In this document: positions 29,118-38,237 of the stretch, in pieces
How the letters are laid out: every line of letters begins with the position of its first letter
Numbering within the stretch: position 1 is the first letter of the stretch
Source: Candidatus Omnitrophota bacterium
GTDB taxonomy: Bacteria; Omnitrophota; Gorgyraeia; 2-02-FULL-51-18
Direction of reading: 5' to 3'
Assembly: GCA_023247915.1 (NCBI GenBank)
Contig: JAHFFN010000002.1
Coordinates: 1,202 to 65,201 of the forward strand
Length of the DNA: 64,000 bases
Made by a program: the position numbers and the translations under genes
The notes under the pieces: model-generated
Told to the model about the DNA's origin: nothing
Databases searched by the model: none
The model's input: the letters and a program-made list of their open reading frames with translations, nothing else

Positions 29118-29133
29118 GCAGCACAAGTTTTAG

Positions 29134-29229
29134 AACCACATTTCGCGTGGGGAGCAGTTCTTCACAAAAAGAACTGTCTAGCCAAAACCGATCCCCCGGA
29201 CCTCACGCGAAATGTGGTTTTATTTTTTA
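29134..29229 (+). terminator. compound rho-independent terminator after the giant gene
   Basis: A perfect 16-bp inverted repeat, AACCACATTTCGCGTG (29134-29149) / CACGCGAAATGTGGTT (29204-29219), encloses an inner 8-bp hairpin CAGTTCTT (29155-29162) / AAGAACTG (29169-29176). The T-tract TTATTTTTT follows. Confidence 0.7.
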
Positions 29230-29236
29230 AGCGTCA

Positions 29237-29265
29237 TTTACAATTCCCTCCACGTGTACGATAAT
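29237..29265 (+). promoter_or_regulatory. sigma70-like promoter candidate for the exbB-like operon
   Basis: TTTACA (29237-29242), a 17-nt spacer and GATAAT (29260-29265) are followed by the RBS GGAGAGGGG (29304-29312) and ATG at 29319. This assumes the E. coli-like consensus applies to this organism. Confidence 0.4.
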
Positions 29266-29318
29266 AATAGTAAGAGATTCGCTTGTTTTTAACCTAAAAT
29301 TTTGGAGAGGGGCTAACA

Positions 29319-29960
29319 ATGTCACATTTTCAAAGCCAGGCTATGTCTTTATGGGAATTGATTGTCTCCGGCGGGTATTGCATGATTTTTCAGGGGCTCT
29401 TGTCGGTGGCGGCGGTCGCCTTGATCATTCATCACTTTAGAATCGTGAAACCTGACAAGCTTGTGCCGGTGGATTTCTCGGAAAATCTTATTTCATTACT
29501 TCAAAAAAAACAGGTTGAAAAGGCCTCCGCGATTTGCCGCCAACAGCAAAATCTTATTTCTGCTATCACCTTAAGTGTGCTCGGCCGGATATCCAAAGGA
29601 AAGCTCACGCCGGCTCAGATTGAGAGCACGGTGCAGGTGGAGGGGAAAACACATACCGAGAAACTCTGGCAAAACCTGACGTATCTGGGTGATATTGCGG
29701 TGATTGCGCCGCTGGTGGGTCTTTTAGGCACGATTTTGGGCATGATCAGCGCTTTTCACTATTTCAAGGCCGGCTCCATTCATCCGGGCATTTTGACCCA
29801 GGGTCTAGCCAAGGCGATGATCAACACCGTTTTTGGGCTCATTGTCGCGGTGCTTTGCTTAGTTTTTTATTCGTATTTCCGTGGGAAGGTTAGCGCGACC
29901 GTGACTCGGGCTGAGACCGTGGTTTCCGACATCGTCCAAGCGTTATCCGCCACGTCATGA
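29319..29960 (+). CDS. MotA/TolQ/ExbB-family proton channel
   Basis: 213 aa with three hydrophobic helices and the family block LTYLGDIAVIAPLVGLLGTILGMISAF...GLAKAMINTVFGLIVAV. It has a good RBS, and its stop overlaps the next start (ATGA). Confidence 0.9.
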   Translation: MSHFQSQAMSLWELIVSGGYCMIFQGLLSVAAVALIIHHFRIVKPDKLVPVDFSENLISLLQKKQVEKASAICRQQQNLISAITLSVLGRISKGKLTPAQIESTVQVEGKTHTEKLWQNLTYLGDIAVIAPLVGLLGTILGMISAFHYFKAGSIHPGILTQGLAKAMINTVFGLIVAVLCLVFYSYFRGKVSATVTRAETVVSDIVQALSATS

Positions 29961-30376
29961 TTAATTTTAAGCAAAGCGAATCCGTCCGATCCCTGCCGCC
30001 GGTTCAGGTGGTCGCGCTGATCGACATTCTTTTTGTCACACTCTCATTTTTCATGGCAATGTTCCTGCACTTTAATTTTGAATCCGAACTGGGCATTTCC
30101 GTGCCGCAGGCCAGCTCCTCCGCAGAAGCCAAAGAGGCTTTTCAGGAAATCGTGATCAATGTATCGCGCGACGGCCTGATTGTGGTCAATCAAAAAACAC
30201 TGAGTCCGGAACAACTAGCGTCGCTTCTACAGAAAACAGCCGAGATTTATCCGGCGCAGTCGGTAGTCGTGCGCGCGGATCAAAAAACTTATCATGAATC
30301 GGTGGTGCGAGTTTTGGATATTTGCGCAAAGGCAAAAATTTGGAATATCTCATTTGCCACAATGAAAGAAAAATAA
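29957..30376 (+). CDS. ExbD/TolR-family biopolymer transport protein
   Basis: 139 aa. The N-terminal anchor VQVVALIDILFVTLSFFMAMFL is typical of ExbD/TolR. It is translationally coupled to the upstream channel gene. Confidence 0.9.
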   Translation: MINFKQSESVRSLPPVQVVALIDILFVTLSFFMAMFLHFNFESELGISVPQASSSAEAKEAFQEIVINVSRDGLIVVNQKTLSPEQLASLLQKTAEIYPAQSVVVRADQKTYHESVVRVLDICAKAKIWNISFATMKEK

Positions 30377-32418
30377 GTTTGCGCGGGATTTTTTTGACGG
30401 CAATCCTCCTGATGTCCGGATTCGCGTGGGCGGAGGAAGCACAGAAACCAGTTTCAGGGACTCTCGATTTCGCCGATGGCCTTTATTCGCGCAAAATGTA
30501 CGGCTCGGCGGCCAGCGAATACGAAAAATTCATTCAAAGCAATCCTGAAACGACGGATGCGGTCGAAGCCTCCGTGGCCTATTTCCGCTTGGCGGATTCT
30601 TATTATTTTCTAAAGAAATACCCGGAGGCGATCCGTTATTTTGAAGCATTTCGCAGCAAATTCCCCCAAGACTCAAAAAGCCCCGCCGCTCTTTTTCGAA
30701 TCGGCACGGCTCAGTATTATCTTGAAAATTACCCGGCCGCCGAACGCGATTTTTTAGAAGTCATTAAAAATGAGGCGACACCCGATTTAAAAAGCGGTTC
30801 TTTTTTTTATTTGGCCAAGATCTATCAATCCCGCGGCAAATTGGATAAAGCCGTCTGGCGACTGGAGAAATTGATTCAAAAATATCCCGACACCGAATAC
30901 GCGGTGTACGCGGAGCTTTTGGCGGGGGATATTTATTATTTCAAAAAGAAATATCCCGAAGCGAAGGCTTTTTATCAAAAAGCTCTTTCAGGGAATGGAG
31001 ATTATCTGGCGAAAAGCCCCATGCGTTTCGACATCAATAACACTTTCGCGGTGTTGGCGTATGAGACCAAGGATCCGGAATCGGCGTTGGCGAGTCTGGC
31101 CAAGACGTTGCAAGATCCGCAGGCGCCCGAGGCAGTGAAACTCAAGGCCTCGACGATTCAGACGTATATCCGCGCGGAGGCATTCAGGGAAAATGGCCGA
31201 TTTGAGGAAGCGCTGGCCGGCTATGAGGAAGTATTAAAAACCAAAGACACGATTTATTTTAAGCCGTCGCTGTATCAAGCGGGTTTTTTAAGTTTAAAAC
31301 TCAAAAAAAATGATCAGGCTCGTCAATACCTGTCCGCTTATATTCAAGCGTATCCGATAAGCAGTGAGGCGGGGCGCGCGTCTCTTGAAAAGATTCAAAT
31401 CGATTTGGACGAAGAAAAATTCAGCGACGCCGTTCAAGGTGCCGCCGCGTTTTTGGAGAAATACCCTCAAAGCGCTTTCCGGGACGTGGCGCTTTACCGG
31501 CAGGCGATGGGTTTGATGGGTCTTAAGGATTTTAATGCCGCCGCTCCGGTATTTGAACAATTGATCACCGAATTCAAATCTTCGACGCTTTATCCGGAAG
31601 CTTTGTATGGCGCGGCCGCGGGTTTTGACAGTGTCGGGCAAATAGAAAAAGCGATCGGCTATTACGAACCATTCACGCAAACGTATCCCTCGCACGCGTT
31701 GTATCCCGACGCGATCTTGCGTTTGGGTTTTTTGTATGTTCAGGAGAAAAATTATGAAAAAGCGGCAAGACTGTATGAAGATATTCTCCTCAACAAGCCG
31801 AATATCACCGTCGAGTCTGACACCGCTTTTTGGGTGATCCGTTACAATTTGGATCACAGCCGCTATGAGCCGATGAAAGCCATCCTTCAGACGCTTCCGA
31901 AGCGCTATCCCGAGGAAACGCTGATGCATGAGACGGATTTTTTTATCGGTGAGAGTTTGATGGGCTTAAAAAATTATACGGAGGCCGCCAAATACTACGC
32001 CAAGTCCGTCGAGGACAAGGCGGATGGGAAGTACGCGCCGCACGCGTTTTTAGGAATGGGTGTGATCGCGTCCTTGGCCGGAAACCTGGAGGAGGCCGAA
32101 AAATGTTTTGTGGGCGCGCTTCAGTCTCAAAATGACGTGGCGTTGGCGCTCCGGGCGCGTTTTGAGATCGCTAATTTAAAGTTAAAGCGCGGCAATTTAG
32201 ACGAAGCCGCCAAAGCGTTTATGCATGTGGCAATTTTATACGATGACGAGAAATATTGCGCGCCCGCTCTTTTTAAAGCAGGGGAATGTTTTACCAAATT
32301 AGGCAATGACAATGACGCGAAAGAGGCTTTTAAGGAATTAACCAATCGTTATCCCAAAAGTAATTGGACTCACCGCGCGGAATCTTTTTTAAAGAAATTT
32401 GGAGCCAAACATGTTTGA
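30322..32418 (+). CDS. secreted tetratricopeptide-repeat (TPR) protein
   Basis: TPR-like A/Y/F periodicity runs throughout (e.g. AAKYYAKSVE, AYFRLADSYYFLKKYPEAIRYFE). The ORF-track start is TTG at 30322. An in-frame TTG at 30379, directly after the ExbD stop, would give a clean signal peptide (M)RGIFLTAILLMSGFAWA and is the more likely start. Confidence 0.85.
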   Translation: MRKGKNLEYLICHNERKISLRGIFLTAILLMSGFAWAEEAQKPVSGTLDFADGLYSRKMYGSAASEYEKFIQSNPETTDAVEASVAYFRLADSYYFLKKYPEAIRYFEAFRSKFPQDSKSPAALFRIGTAQYYLENYPAAERDFLEVIKNEATPDLKSGSFFYLAKIYQSRGKLDKAVWRLEKLIQKYPDTEYAVYAELLAGDIYYFKKKYPEAKAFYQKALSGNGDYLAKSPMRFDINNTFAVLAYETKDPESALASLAKTLQDPQAPEAVKLKASTIQTYIRAEAFRENGRFEEALAGYEEVLKTKDTIYFKPSLYQAGFLSLKLKKNDQARQYLSAYIQAYPISSEAGRASLEKIQIDLDEEKFSDAVQGAAAFLEKYPQSAFRDVALYRQAMGLMGLKDFNAAAPVFEQLITEFKSSTLYPEALYGAAAGFDSVGQIEKAIGYYEPFTQTYPSHALYPDAILRLGFLYVQEKNYEKAARLYEDILLNKPNITVESDTAFWVIRYNLDHSRYEPMKAILQTLPKRYPEETLMHETDFFIGESLMGLKNYTEAAKYYAKSVEDKADGKYAPHAFLGMGVIASLAGNLEEAEKCFVGALQSQNDVALALRARFEIANLKLKRGNLDEAAKAFMHVAILYDDEKYCAPALFKAGECFTKLGNDNDAKEAFKELTNRYPKSNWTHRAESFLKKFGAKHV

Positions 32419-34180
32419 TCAAGAAAAGCCTTTTTATCAAAAAGAATGGGTCTCCTCGACGCTTTGGTCGGTAGGAATCCATTTCGTATTTCTTTTGGCC
32501 GCTTTTTTTATTCATTTTCATGATTTTATCGATAAACCCAACAAAGAACTTTTGGAATTTCGTTTAAATAAGGTGCAGTCAAACCCCGCGTCGGCTGAAA
32601 AAGGGTCTGGGGATAATTCCGGCTCGCCGGGGCCGGGTCCGGAAGCCGTGCGTTTTTCCCAGAAAAAACCTTCGGAAGGATTAAAAGCTTTATCTGCCCA
32701 AAGGCGTTTTGTGGAAGAAAAAAGTGACACGGAAATGCTTCAACAAGAGCCGATGGAAAACACGCTTGTGCCCGCCGCGTCTTCTTCCAGGAATCTAGAC
32801 ACCATTATTTTTGAGAACGAAAAAGAAAAATCCTCCAAAAAATTTCAAATCAAGCAAACCTCCATCAGTGATTACTATCAAAAGGACGCGGAAAAAAGTA
32901 TCAAAGCGGTGTCGCCCAGCGGAGAAGGGTTGATGCGCAGTCTCTCCAAGTCCTTGGGAAAAGTTCAGTGGGATTCTCCGGGAAATATGGCGGTGGATCC
33001 CGAGGAAGGGATGCCCGGTTTTACACCGACCTCCGGTTCCGGCGGCAGTGGTAACGGCACGGGTCATGGGTTTGGCACCGGCTCCGGAGAAGGCCTTGGG
33101 CTTGGGGAGGGCATCGGAGGCTCCGGCCGCGGTTCTTCCAAATACGAAGCGCTCGATACGTTTATGGATATTGAAGTCGTGACTTATCAGGATCCATCCG
33201 ACAATCAAAAATATTTCAGAATAAAAATATTCCCCAAAAAAGACAGCAACGCTTTTCATGTGATGCCCAAAGAACTTTTATTCGCGATCGATTGTTCGCT
33301 GAGTATTTCTAAAGACCGTCTTGAGGAATTTAAAAAGGGGATTAGTTTTTGTCTGGCTCATTTAAATTCCGGAGATCTGTTTAACATCATCGCGTTTAAA
33401 GATGAAGCGGTTTTATTTTCTCCCGAATCGATTCCCGCCACCCCCGAGTCGGTGAAACGCGCCGAGCGATTTGTGATGGATTTGACGCCTTCAAAACAAA
33501 CGGATGTGTATGGCGCGATCAATCGAATCGTCAAGATGCCGCAGACCCGCGAGCCTTCCGACATTATGCTCTTATCCGATGGGAGACCCACCTACGGAGT
33601 GGTGGACGCGCGTGAGCTTTTAAACGCGATTACCCGTGTGAATCAAAAAGTTCGTCCCGTATTCGCTTATTCCGGCGGCGCCAAGGTAAACCGTTATTTG
33701 CTTGATTTTATTTCATATCAAAATCGCGGCTGGTCGGAATACATTAAAAATCGCGGCGACATCAGCCGGGGACTCAAAGAGTTTTACGCGAAAATAAAAG
33801 ACCCTATCTTTCTGCATTTGAAATACCGGTTAAATGGGTTGGATGAAAAGGAGATTTATCCGAAATCGCTGCCTGATTTTTACGCGAACGCGGAATTCAC
33901 GCTTTACGGCTCTTACGCGAAAGAGGATGAATTTTCCATGCAGTTGTTGGGGGACATTGACGGAAAAACCAAGGAGCTTATTTTTTCCCGTGTTTTATCC
34001 CAAGCCAAAAAGGGAACTGCCGACGTGATGAAGGGCTATGCGTTCAATAAAATCTATTATTTGATCAATCGTGTGACGATTGAGGGCAATCGCCCCGAAC
34101 TTCTTCAGGAAATCCAAGAATTGAGCCGGCGTTATGGGATTCAGACGCCTTATTCCCCCGAGCTCCAAAAGCTCGATTAA
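32411..34180 (+). CDS. membrane-anchored von Willebrand factor A (VWA) domain protein with TonB-like S-x3-H anchor
   Basis: ATG at 32411 is preceded by GGAG (32401-32404) and overlaps the TPR stop (ATGTTTGA); the ORF track begins at TTG 32399. The anchor is TLWSVGIHFVFLLAAFFIHF. A Gly/Ser-rich linker follows, then a VWA fold with the MIDAS-like motif LLFAIDCSLSIS and later IMLLSDGRPTYG. Confidence 0.8.
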   Translation: MFDQEKPFYQKEWVSSTLWSVGIHFVFLLAAFFIHFHDFIDKPNKELLEFRLNKVQSNPASAEKGSGDNSGSPGPGPEAVRFSQKKPSEGLKALSAQRRFVEEKSDTEMLQQEPMENTLVPAASSSRNLDTIIFENEKEKSSKKFQIKQTSISDYYQKDAEKSIKAVSPSGEGLMRSLSKSLGKVQWDSPGNMAVDPEEGMPGFTPTSGSGGSGNGTGHGFGTGSGEGLGLGEGIGGSGRGSSKYEALDTFMDIEVVTYQDPSDNQKYFRIKIFPKKDSNAFHVMPKELLFAIDCSLSISKDRLEEFKKGISFCLAHLNSGDLFNIIAFKDEAVLFSPESIPATPESVKRAERFVMDLTPSKQTDVYGAINRIVKMPQTREPSDIMLLSDGRPTYGVVDARELLNAITRVNQKVRPVFAYSGGAKVNRYLLDFISYQNRGWSEYIKNRGDISRGLKEFYAKIKDPIFLHLKYRLNGLDEKEIYPKSLPDFYANAEFTLYGSYAKEDEFSMQLLGDIDGKTKELIFSRVLSQAKKGTADVMKGYAFNKIYYLINRVTIEGNRPELLQEIQELSRRYGIQTPYSPELQKLD

Positions 34181-34220
34181 AGTTTTGCCAGAGATAAATC
34201 AATAGTATACTATTAGGCTT

Positions 34221-35345
34221 ATGAATAACTCTAAGCCGCCCAAAATCCTGGAGTTAACAACTCACCTAAATGTAGGCGGTATCTCGACTTATATCTTCGA
34301 GTCGGCCGCGGAACTTCAAAAAAATGGTTTTGAGATTTGTGTTTTGTCGGCGGGCGGAGAGTTGGAGGGGCTTTTTGCCGAACATGGGATTCGAACCGTT
34401 TCTTTTCCATTTAGAACAAAAAGCATTTTAAGCCCGCGTCTTTGGAGCTGTTTTCCAAAGATTTTAAAATTTGTCCGGGAAGAAAAATTTGATTGTATAC
34501 ACGCGCATACGCGTGTGACTCAAGTGCTCGCTCATTTTTTATCGTTTCTTTCAGGTGTCCCGTATGTGAGCACTTCGCATGGGTTTTATCGCCGCCGCTT
34601 CGGAAGGAAAATTTTCCCCTCCTGGGGTCGTCGCGTGATCGCGATTAGTTCCCTAGTGGCCGAAGAGCTTGAGAAGACGCATGAGGTAGCCCATTCAAAA
34701 ATACGGGTCATTTTTAACGGACTCAATGTCGCTGGCCGCCGGAAAAAAATATTAGAACAAAATCCTTCGGAGATTCGTCGGAAACTTGGGATTCCTGAAA
34801 ATAGTTTTGTGATCGGGTCCATTTCAAGGCTTGTTGAGGATAAAGGTCACCGTTATTTGGTGGAAGCGGTGGGAAAGCTCAAGAAAAAATTTCCCCAAGT
34901 ATTTCTTTTGATTGTAGGGGAGGGCCGCGAAAAAGCGGCTCTCGAACGTTTAGCCAAAAAGGCGGGACTTGAAAAGCAATCGCTTTTTATCGCGTCCGCG
35001 GTGGATATTTCAGAGTTTTTGTCCGTGATGGACGTATTTGTGCATCCAGCGACTTTTCGTGAGGGCTTTGGTTTGGCGATGCTTGAGGCGATGATCGCGA
35101 AAGTGCCTGTCATTGCGACGAATATCTGGTCTATCAATACCATTTTAAGAGACCGGATTAACGGTTTTCTCGTGGAGCCAAAAAATGCGTCAGCCATTGA
35201 AGAAGCACTGCGTTTTGTGATCCAAACTCCGGAAATGGCCGGGGAGGTTGCGCAAAATGCCTATGAGTTGGCCGCCCAAAATTATTCTGTTGAGCGGATG
35301 GCCAGGGAGATGGGAACAGTTTACAAAGAAGTGATAAGAAAATGA
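34221..35345 (+). CDS. GT4-family (GT-B) glycosyltransferase
   Basis: 374 aa with the E-x7-E region HPATFREGFGLAMLEAMIAKVPVIATN, typical of group 1 glycosyltransferases. Confidence 0.9.
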   Translation: MNNSKPPKILELTTHLNVGGISTYIFESAAELQKNGFEICVLSAGGELEGLFAEHGIRTVSFPFRTKSILSPRLWSCFPKILKFVREEKFDCIHAHTRVTQVLAHFLSFLSGVPYVSTSHGFYRRRFGRKIFPSWGRRVIAISSLVAEELEKTHEVAHSKIRVIFNGLNVAGRRKKILEQNPSEIRRKLGIPENSFVIGSISRLVEDKGHRYLVEAVGKLKKKFPQVFLLIVGEGREKAALERLAKKAGLEKQSLFIASAVDISEFLSVMDVFVHPATFREGFGLAMLEAMIAKVPVIATNIWSINTILRDRINGFLVEPKNASAIEEALRFVIQTPEMAGEVAQNAYELAAQNYSVERMAREMGTVYKEVIRK

Positions 35346-37300
35346 GTGAATTAAAAGAAAAAAAACTGAAAGATATGAATGTGGCGGTGTTTGAGAGCCG
35401 TCACGCGAAAACATTGTGCGATTTGATTCGTTTAAGCGGCGGCAACGCGGTGTCGGCGCCTTCTCTCAAAGAAGTGCCTCTTGAAAATAATCCCCAAGTT
35501 TTCTCATTTGCCGAAAAACTTTTTGCGGGTGAAATAGATTTATTGATTCTTTTGACCGGCGTCGGTGCTCGCGCGCTTTTAAGCGTTTTGGAAACACGCT
35601 ATCCCAAGGAGCAAATCCTCGAAGCGTTCCGGAAAATCAAAATCGTCCCTCGCGGCCCCAAACCAGTGCGCGTTTTAAACGAATGGCAGGTTCCTTACGC
35701 GTTTACGGTTCCTGAGCCAAATACCTGGGTAGAACTTCTTGAAACCTTAAGCCAAAACAAAGCGATGATTTCTCTCCAAGGCTGTCGCGTGGCTGTGCAG
35801 GAATACGGAGTCGAAAACACGGAGCTTTTAGAGGGTTTGAAGCATCGTGGAGCGCAGGTTTTAAAAGTGCCTGTTTATCGTTGGGAGCTTCCGGATGACT
35901 TGGAGCCGCTAAAAACAACGATTGAAGATATGATCGCGGGCAATATTCAAGTAGCCCTCTTCACAACCGCGGTACAGGTGACACATCTTTTCCAGGTCGC
36001 CAAACAAATGGGTTTAGAGACTCTGCTTGAACGCGCTTTTTCTAATCTAGTAGTAGCCTCTGTCGGTCCCGATTGTTCCAAGGCCATTGCCGCGTATGGC
36101 ATCCGGGTGGATATCGAACCGGAAAGCCCGAAGATGGGTCCTCTGGTGCAAGGCGTCGCGGAAAAAGCAAAATTAATTTTTGAAAGTAAAAAAAAGGCGG
36201 GGACTTCTTTAGAAAAATCCTGTGCCACGGAAGTGCTCGATACGGTTTTAAGAATCACCCGAGACGAATCTTGGGACGAAACGCCCTTTATCAAGGCCTG
36301 CCGCTTGCAAAAAACATCGTTCACGCCGGTTTGGTTGATGCGCCAGGCGGGGCGTTACATGACGGATTACCGGCAAATCCGAGAAAAACACGCCTTTTTA
36401 GATATTTGTAAAAATAAGGATTTGGTGACGGAAATTACCGTGACTGCCCAAGAAAAAATCCACGCGGACGCGGCAATTATTTTTTCTGACATTCTTTTAA
36501 TGGCGGAGGCGTTTGGTTTGGGTTTGGATTATTTGAAGGGTGACGGGCCTTCGATCAAAAAAGCGATTCGTTCCAAAGAAGATGTTCAAGCCTTGCCTCA
36601 AATCAATCCTGAAGAATCACTTTCTTATGTGATGCAAGCGATACGCCAGACGCGTCAGAGTCTCAAGCCAAATATTCCGCTCATCGGTTTTGCCGGCGCG
36701 CCTTTCACGCTGGCTTCCTATATGATCGAAGGAGGCTCGTCCAAAGATTTTGAGCGCACGAAAAAATTAATGCACTCCGATACCGGGATTTGGGAGGATT
36801 TGATGGAGAAGATTACACGCGCGACGGCCAAATATTTGAATGCCCAGGTAAAGGCGGGAGTTCAGGCGGTACAGCTTTTTGACAGTTGGGCGGGTTGTTT
36901 ATCAGCGGAAGAATACGAACGTTATGTTTATCCTTATTCTTCCCGGTTGATCGCTTCCGTGGACAAGCGCGTGCCTCTGATTCATTTTGGCACCGGCACC
37001 GGAAAGTTTATCGGACTCTTCAGCCGCGCGGGCGGGGATGTGATCGGTGTGGATCATCGCATTTCGATCGGGGATGCCTGGAAAAAAATTGGTTATGACA
37101 AAGCGGTTCAAGGCAATTTAGACCCGACGATTTTGGTGAAGGGTTCCTTAAAAGACATTGAAAAAGGCGTGCGCGCCATTTTTCACGAAGTCGGTAGTCG
37201 CCCCGGCCACATTTTCAATCTCGGCCACGGCGTGCTTCTCGAAACTCCCCTTGAAAACGTCATTGCGCTGGTAGACATGGTGCATGAATTCTCCCGATAA
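35342..37300 (+). CDS. hemE: fused uroporphyrinogen-III synthase (HemD) / uroporphyrinogen decarboxylase (HemE)
   Basis: The N-terminal ~290 aa is HemD-like with a two-lobe repeat (VAVFESRHAKTL...LLILLTGVGARALL; VAVQEYGVENTELLEGLKHRGAQVLKVPVYRW). The C-terminal ~350 aa begins with the HemE signature PVWLMRQAGRYMTDYR. Confidence 0.85.
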   Translation: MSELKEKKLKDMNVAVFESRHAKTLCDLIRLSGGNAVSAPSLKEVPLENNPQVFSFAEKLFAGEIDLLILLTGVGARALLSVLETRYPKEQILEAFRKIKIVPRGPKPVRVLNEWQVPYAFTVPEPNTWVELLETLSQNKAMISLQGCRVAVQEYGVENTELLEGLKHRGAQVLKVPVYRWELPDDLEPLKTTIEDMIAGNIQVALFTTAVQVTHLFQVAKQMGLETLLERAFSNLVVASVGPDCSKAIAAYGIRVDIEPESPKMGPLVQGVAEKAKLIFESKKKAGTSLEKSCATEVLDTVLRITRDESWDETPFIKACRLQKTSFTPVWLMRQAGRYMTDYRQIREKHAFLDICKNKDLVTEITVTAQEKIHADAAIIFSDILLMAEAFGLGLDYLKGDGPSIKKAIRSKEDVQALPQINPEESLSYVMQAIRQTRQSLKPNIPLIGFAGAPFTLASYMIEGGSSKDFERTKKLMHSDTGIWEDLMEKITRATAKYLNAQVKAGVQAVQLFDSWAGCLSAEEYERYVYPYSSRLIASVDKRVPLIHFGTGTGKFIGLFSRAGGDVIGVDHRISIGDAWKKIGYDKAVQGNLDPTILVKGSLKDIEKGVRAIFHEVGSRPGHIFNLGHGVLLETPLENVIALVDMVHEFSR

Positions 37301-38234
37301 AGCGGTTTTGCTGATTGGATTTGGGGGGCCAAAAAGCCTCTCAGAGACGCGGCCGTTTCTTGAACATGTGCTGCAAGGCGTTAACATTCCCGAAGAACGT
37401 TTTAAGGAAGTCCTGCACCACTATGAAGTGATTGGCGGGGTCTCTCCTTATATTGGATACACTGAAAAACAGAAATCAGCGCTTGAGGCACAACTTCAAA
37501 ATGAAAATATCTCGATGCCTGTATGGGCAGGCTATCGTCATTCCAAACCTTTCTTTAGGGATATTTTTTTAGAATTAAAAGCCAAGGGCATTCAAAAAGT
37601 GATCGGGTTTGTTCTGTCGCCGCTACGGTCTTATTCCAGTTTTGGTAAATACACGGAAGCTGTGGAGGTTGGGCGTAAGGAAGCCGGGGCGGAGGGAATG
37701 GAGATTGTTTACACAGAACCATTTTATCTCAATCCCTTATTTATCGAAGCGCAGGCGGACAGAATCAAAGAAACCATAGCGTCGATTCCCAAAGAAGAAG
37801 CAGAGAAAACATTTTTTATTTTTTCGGCACATTCCATTCCTGTTGAAATTGATCGTAGGGGTGACCCGGGCGGACACGAGACCCGCCCCTACAGCGAACA
37901 ATTCAAAATGACGGCCGCGTTGATCTGCGAAACATTGGGAATTAAGGATTGGGCGGTGGCTTATCAAAGCCGCAGCGGAAACCCCCGTGACCCTTGGCTG
38001 GAACCCAGCGTCGAAGAGGCGATGGAGCGGATTGACCGGAAGCTTTTTAAGAATGTGCTCGTGACGCCCTCCGGATTTTTATGCGATAATGTGGAGGTGT
38101 TGTACGACCTGGATATCGAGGCCAAAGAAAAAGCCCGGCAGTTGGGGCTTGGCTATTTTCGAGCCAAAACGGTGATGGATCACCCCAAGTTTATTGCACT
38201 CATGGCAACTTTAGTCAAAAAAACGAGAGGTTAA
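37284..38234 (+). CDS. hemH: ferrochelatase
   Basis: Family blocks are AVLLIGFGGP, HHYEVIGGVSPY, FSAHSIPV and YQSRSGNPRDPWLEPS. It overlaps the hemDE stop by 17 nt. Confidence 0.9.
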   Translation: MNSPDKAVLLIGFGGPKSLSETRPFLEHVLQGVNIPEERFKEVLHHYEVIGGVSPYIGYTEKQKSALEAQLQNENISMPVWAGYRHSKPFFRDIFLELKAKGIQKVIGFVLSPLRSYSSFGKYTEAVEVGRKEAGAEGMEIVYTEPFYLNPLFIEAQADRIKETIASIPKEEAEKTFFIFSAHSIPVEIDRRGDPGGHETRPYSEQFKMTAALICETLGIKDWAVAYQSRSGNPRDPWLEPSVEEAMERIDRKLFKNVLVTPSGFLCDNVEVLYDLDIEAKEKARQLGLGYFRAKTVMDHPKFIALMATLVKKTRG

Positions 38235-38237
38235 ACA

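Noticed and set aside
24-29117. The possibility that the giant ORF is several ordinary genes fused by assembly or sequencing error.
   Set aside because: This cannot be fully excluded without reads. However, 9,697 consecutive sense codons in one frame, a consistent in/out topology and peptide-level linker motifs argue for a real continuous gene. It is kept as a check under the main finding rather than as the interpretation.
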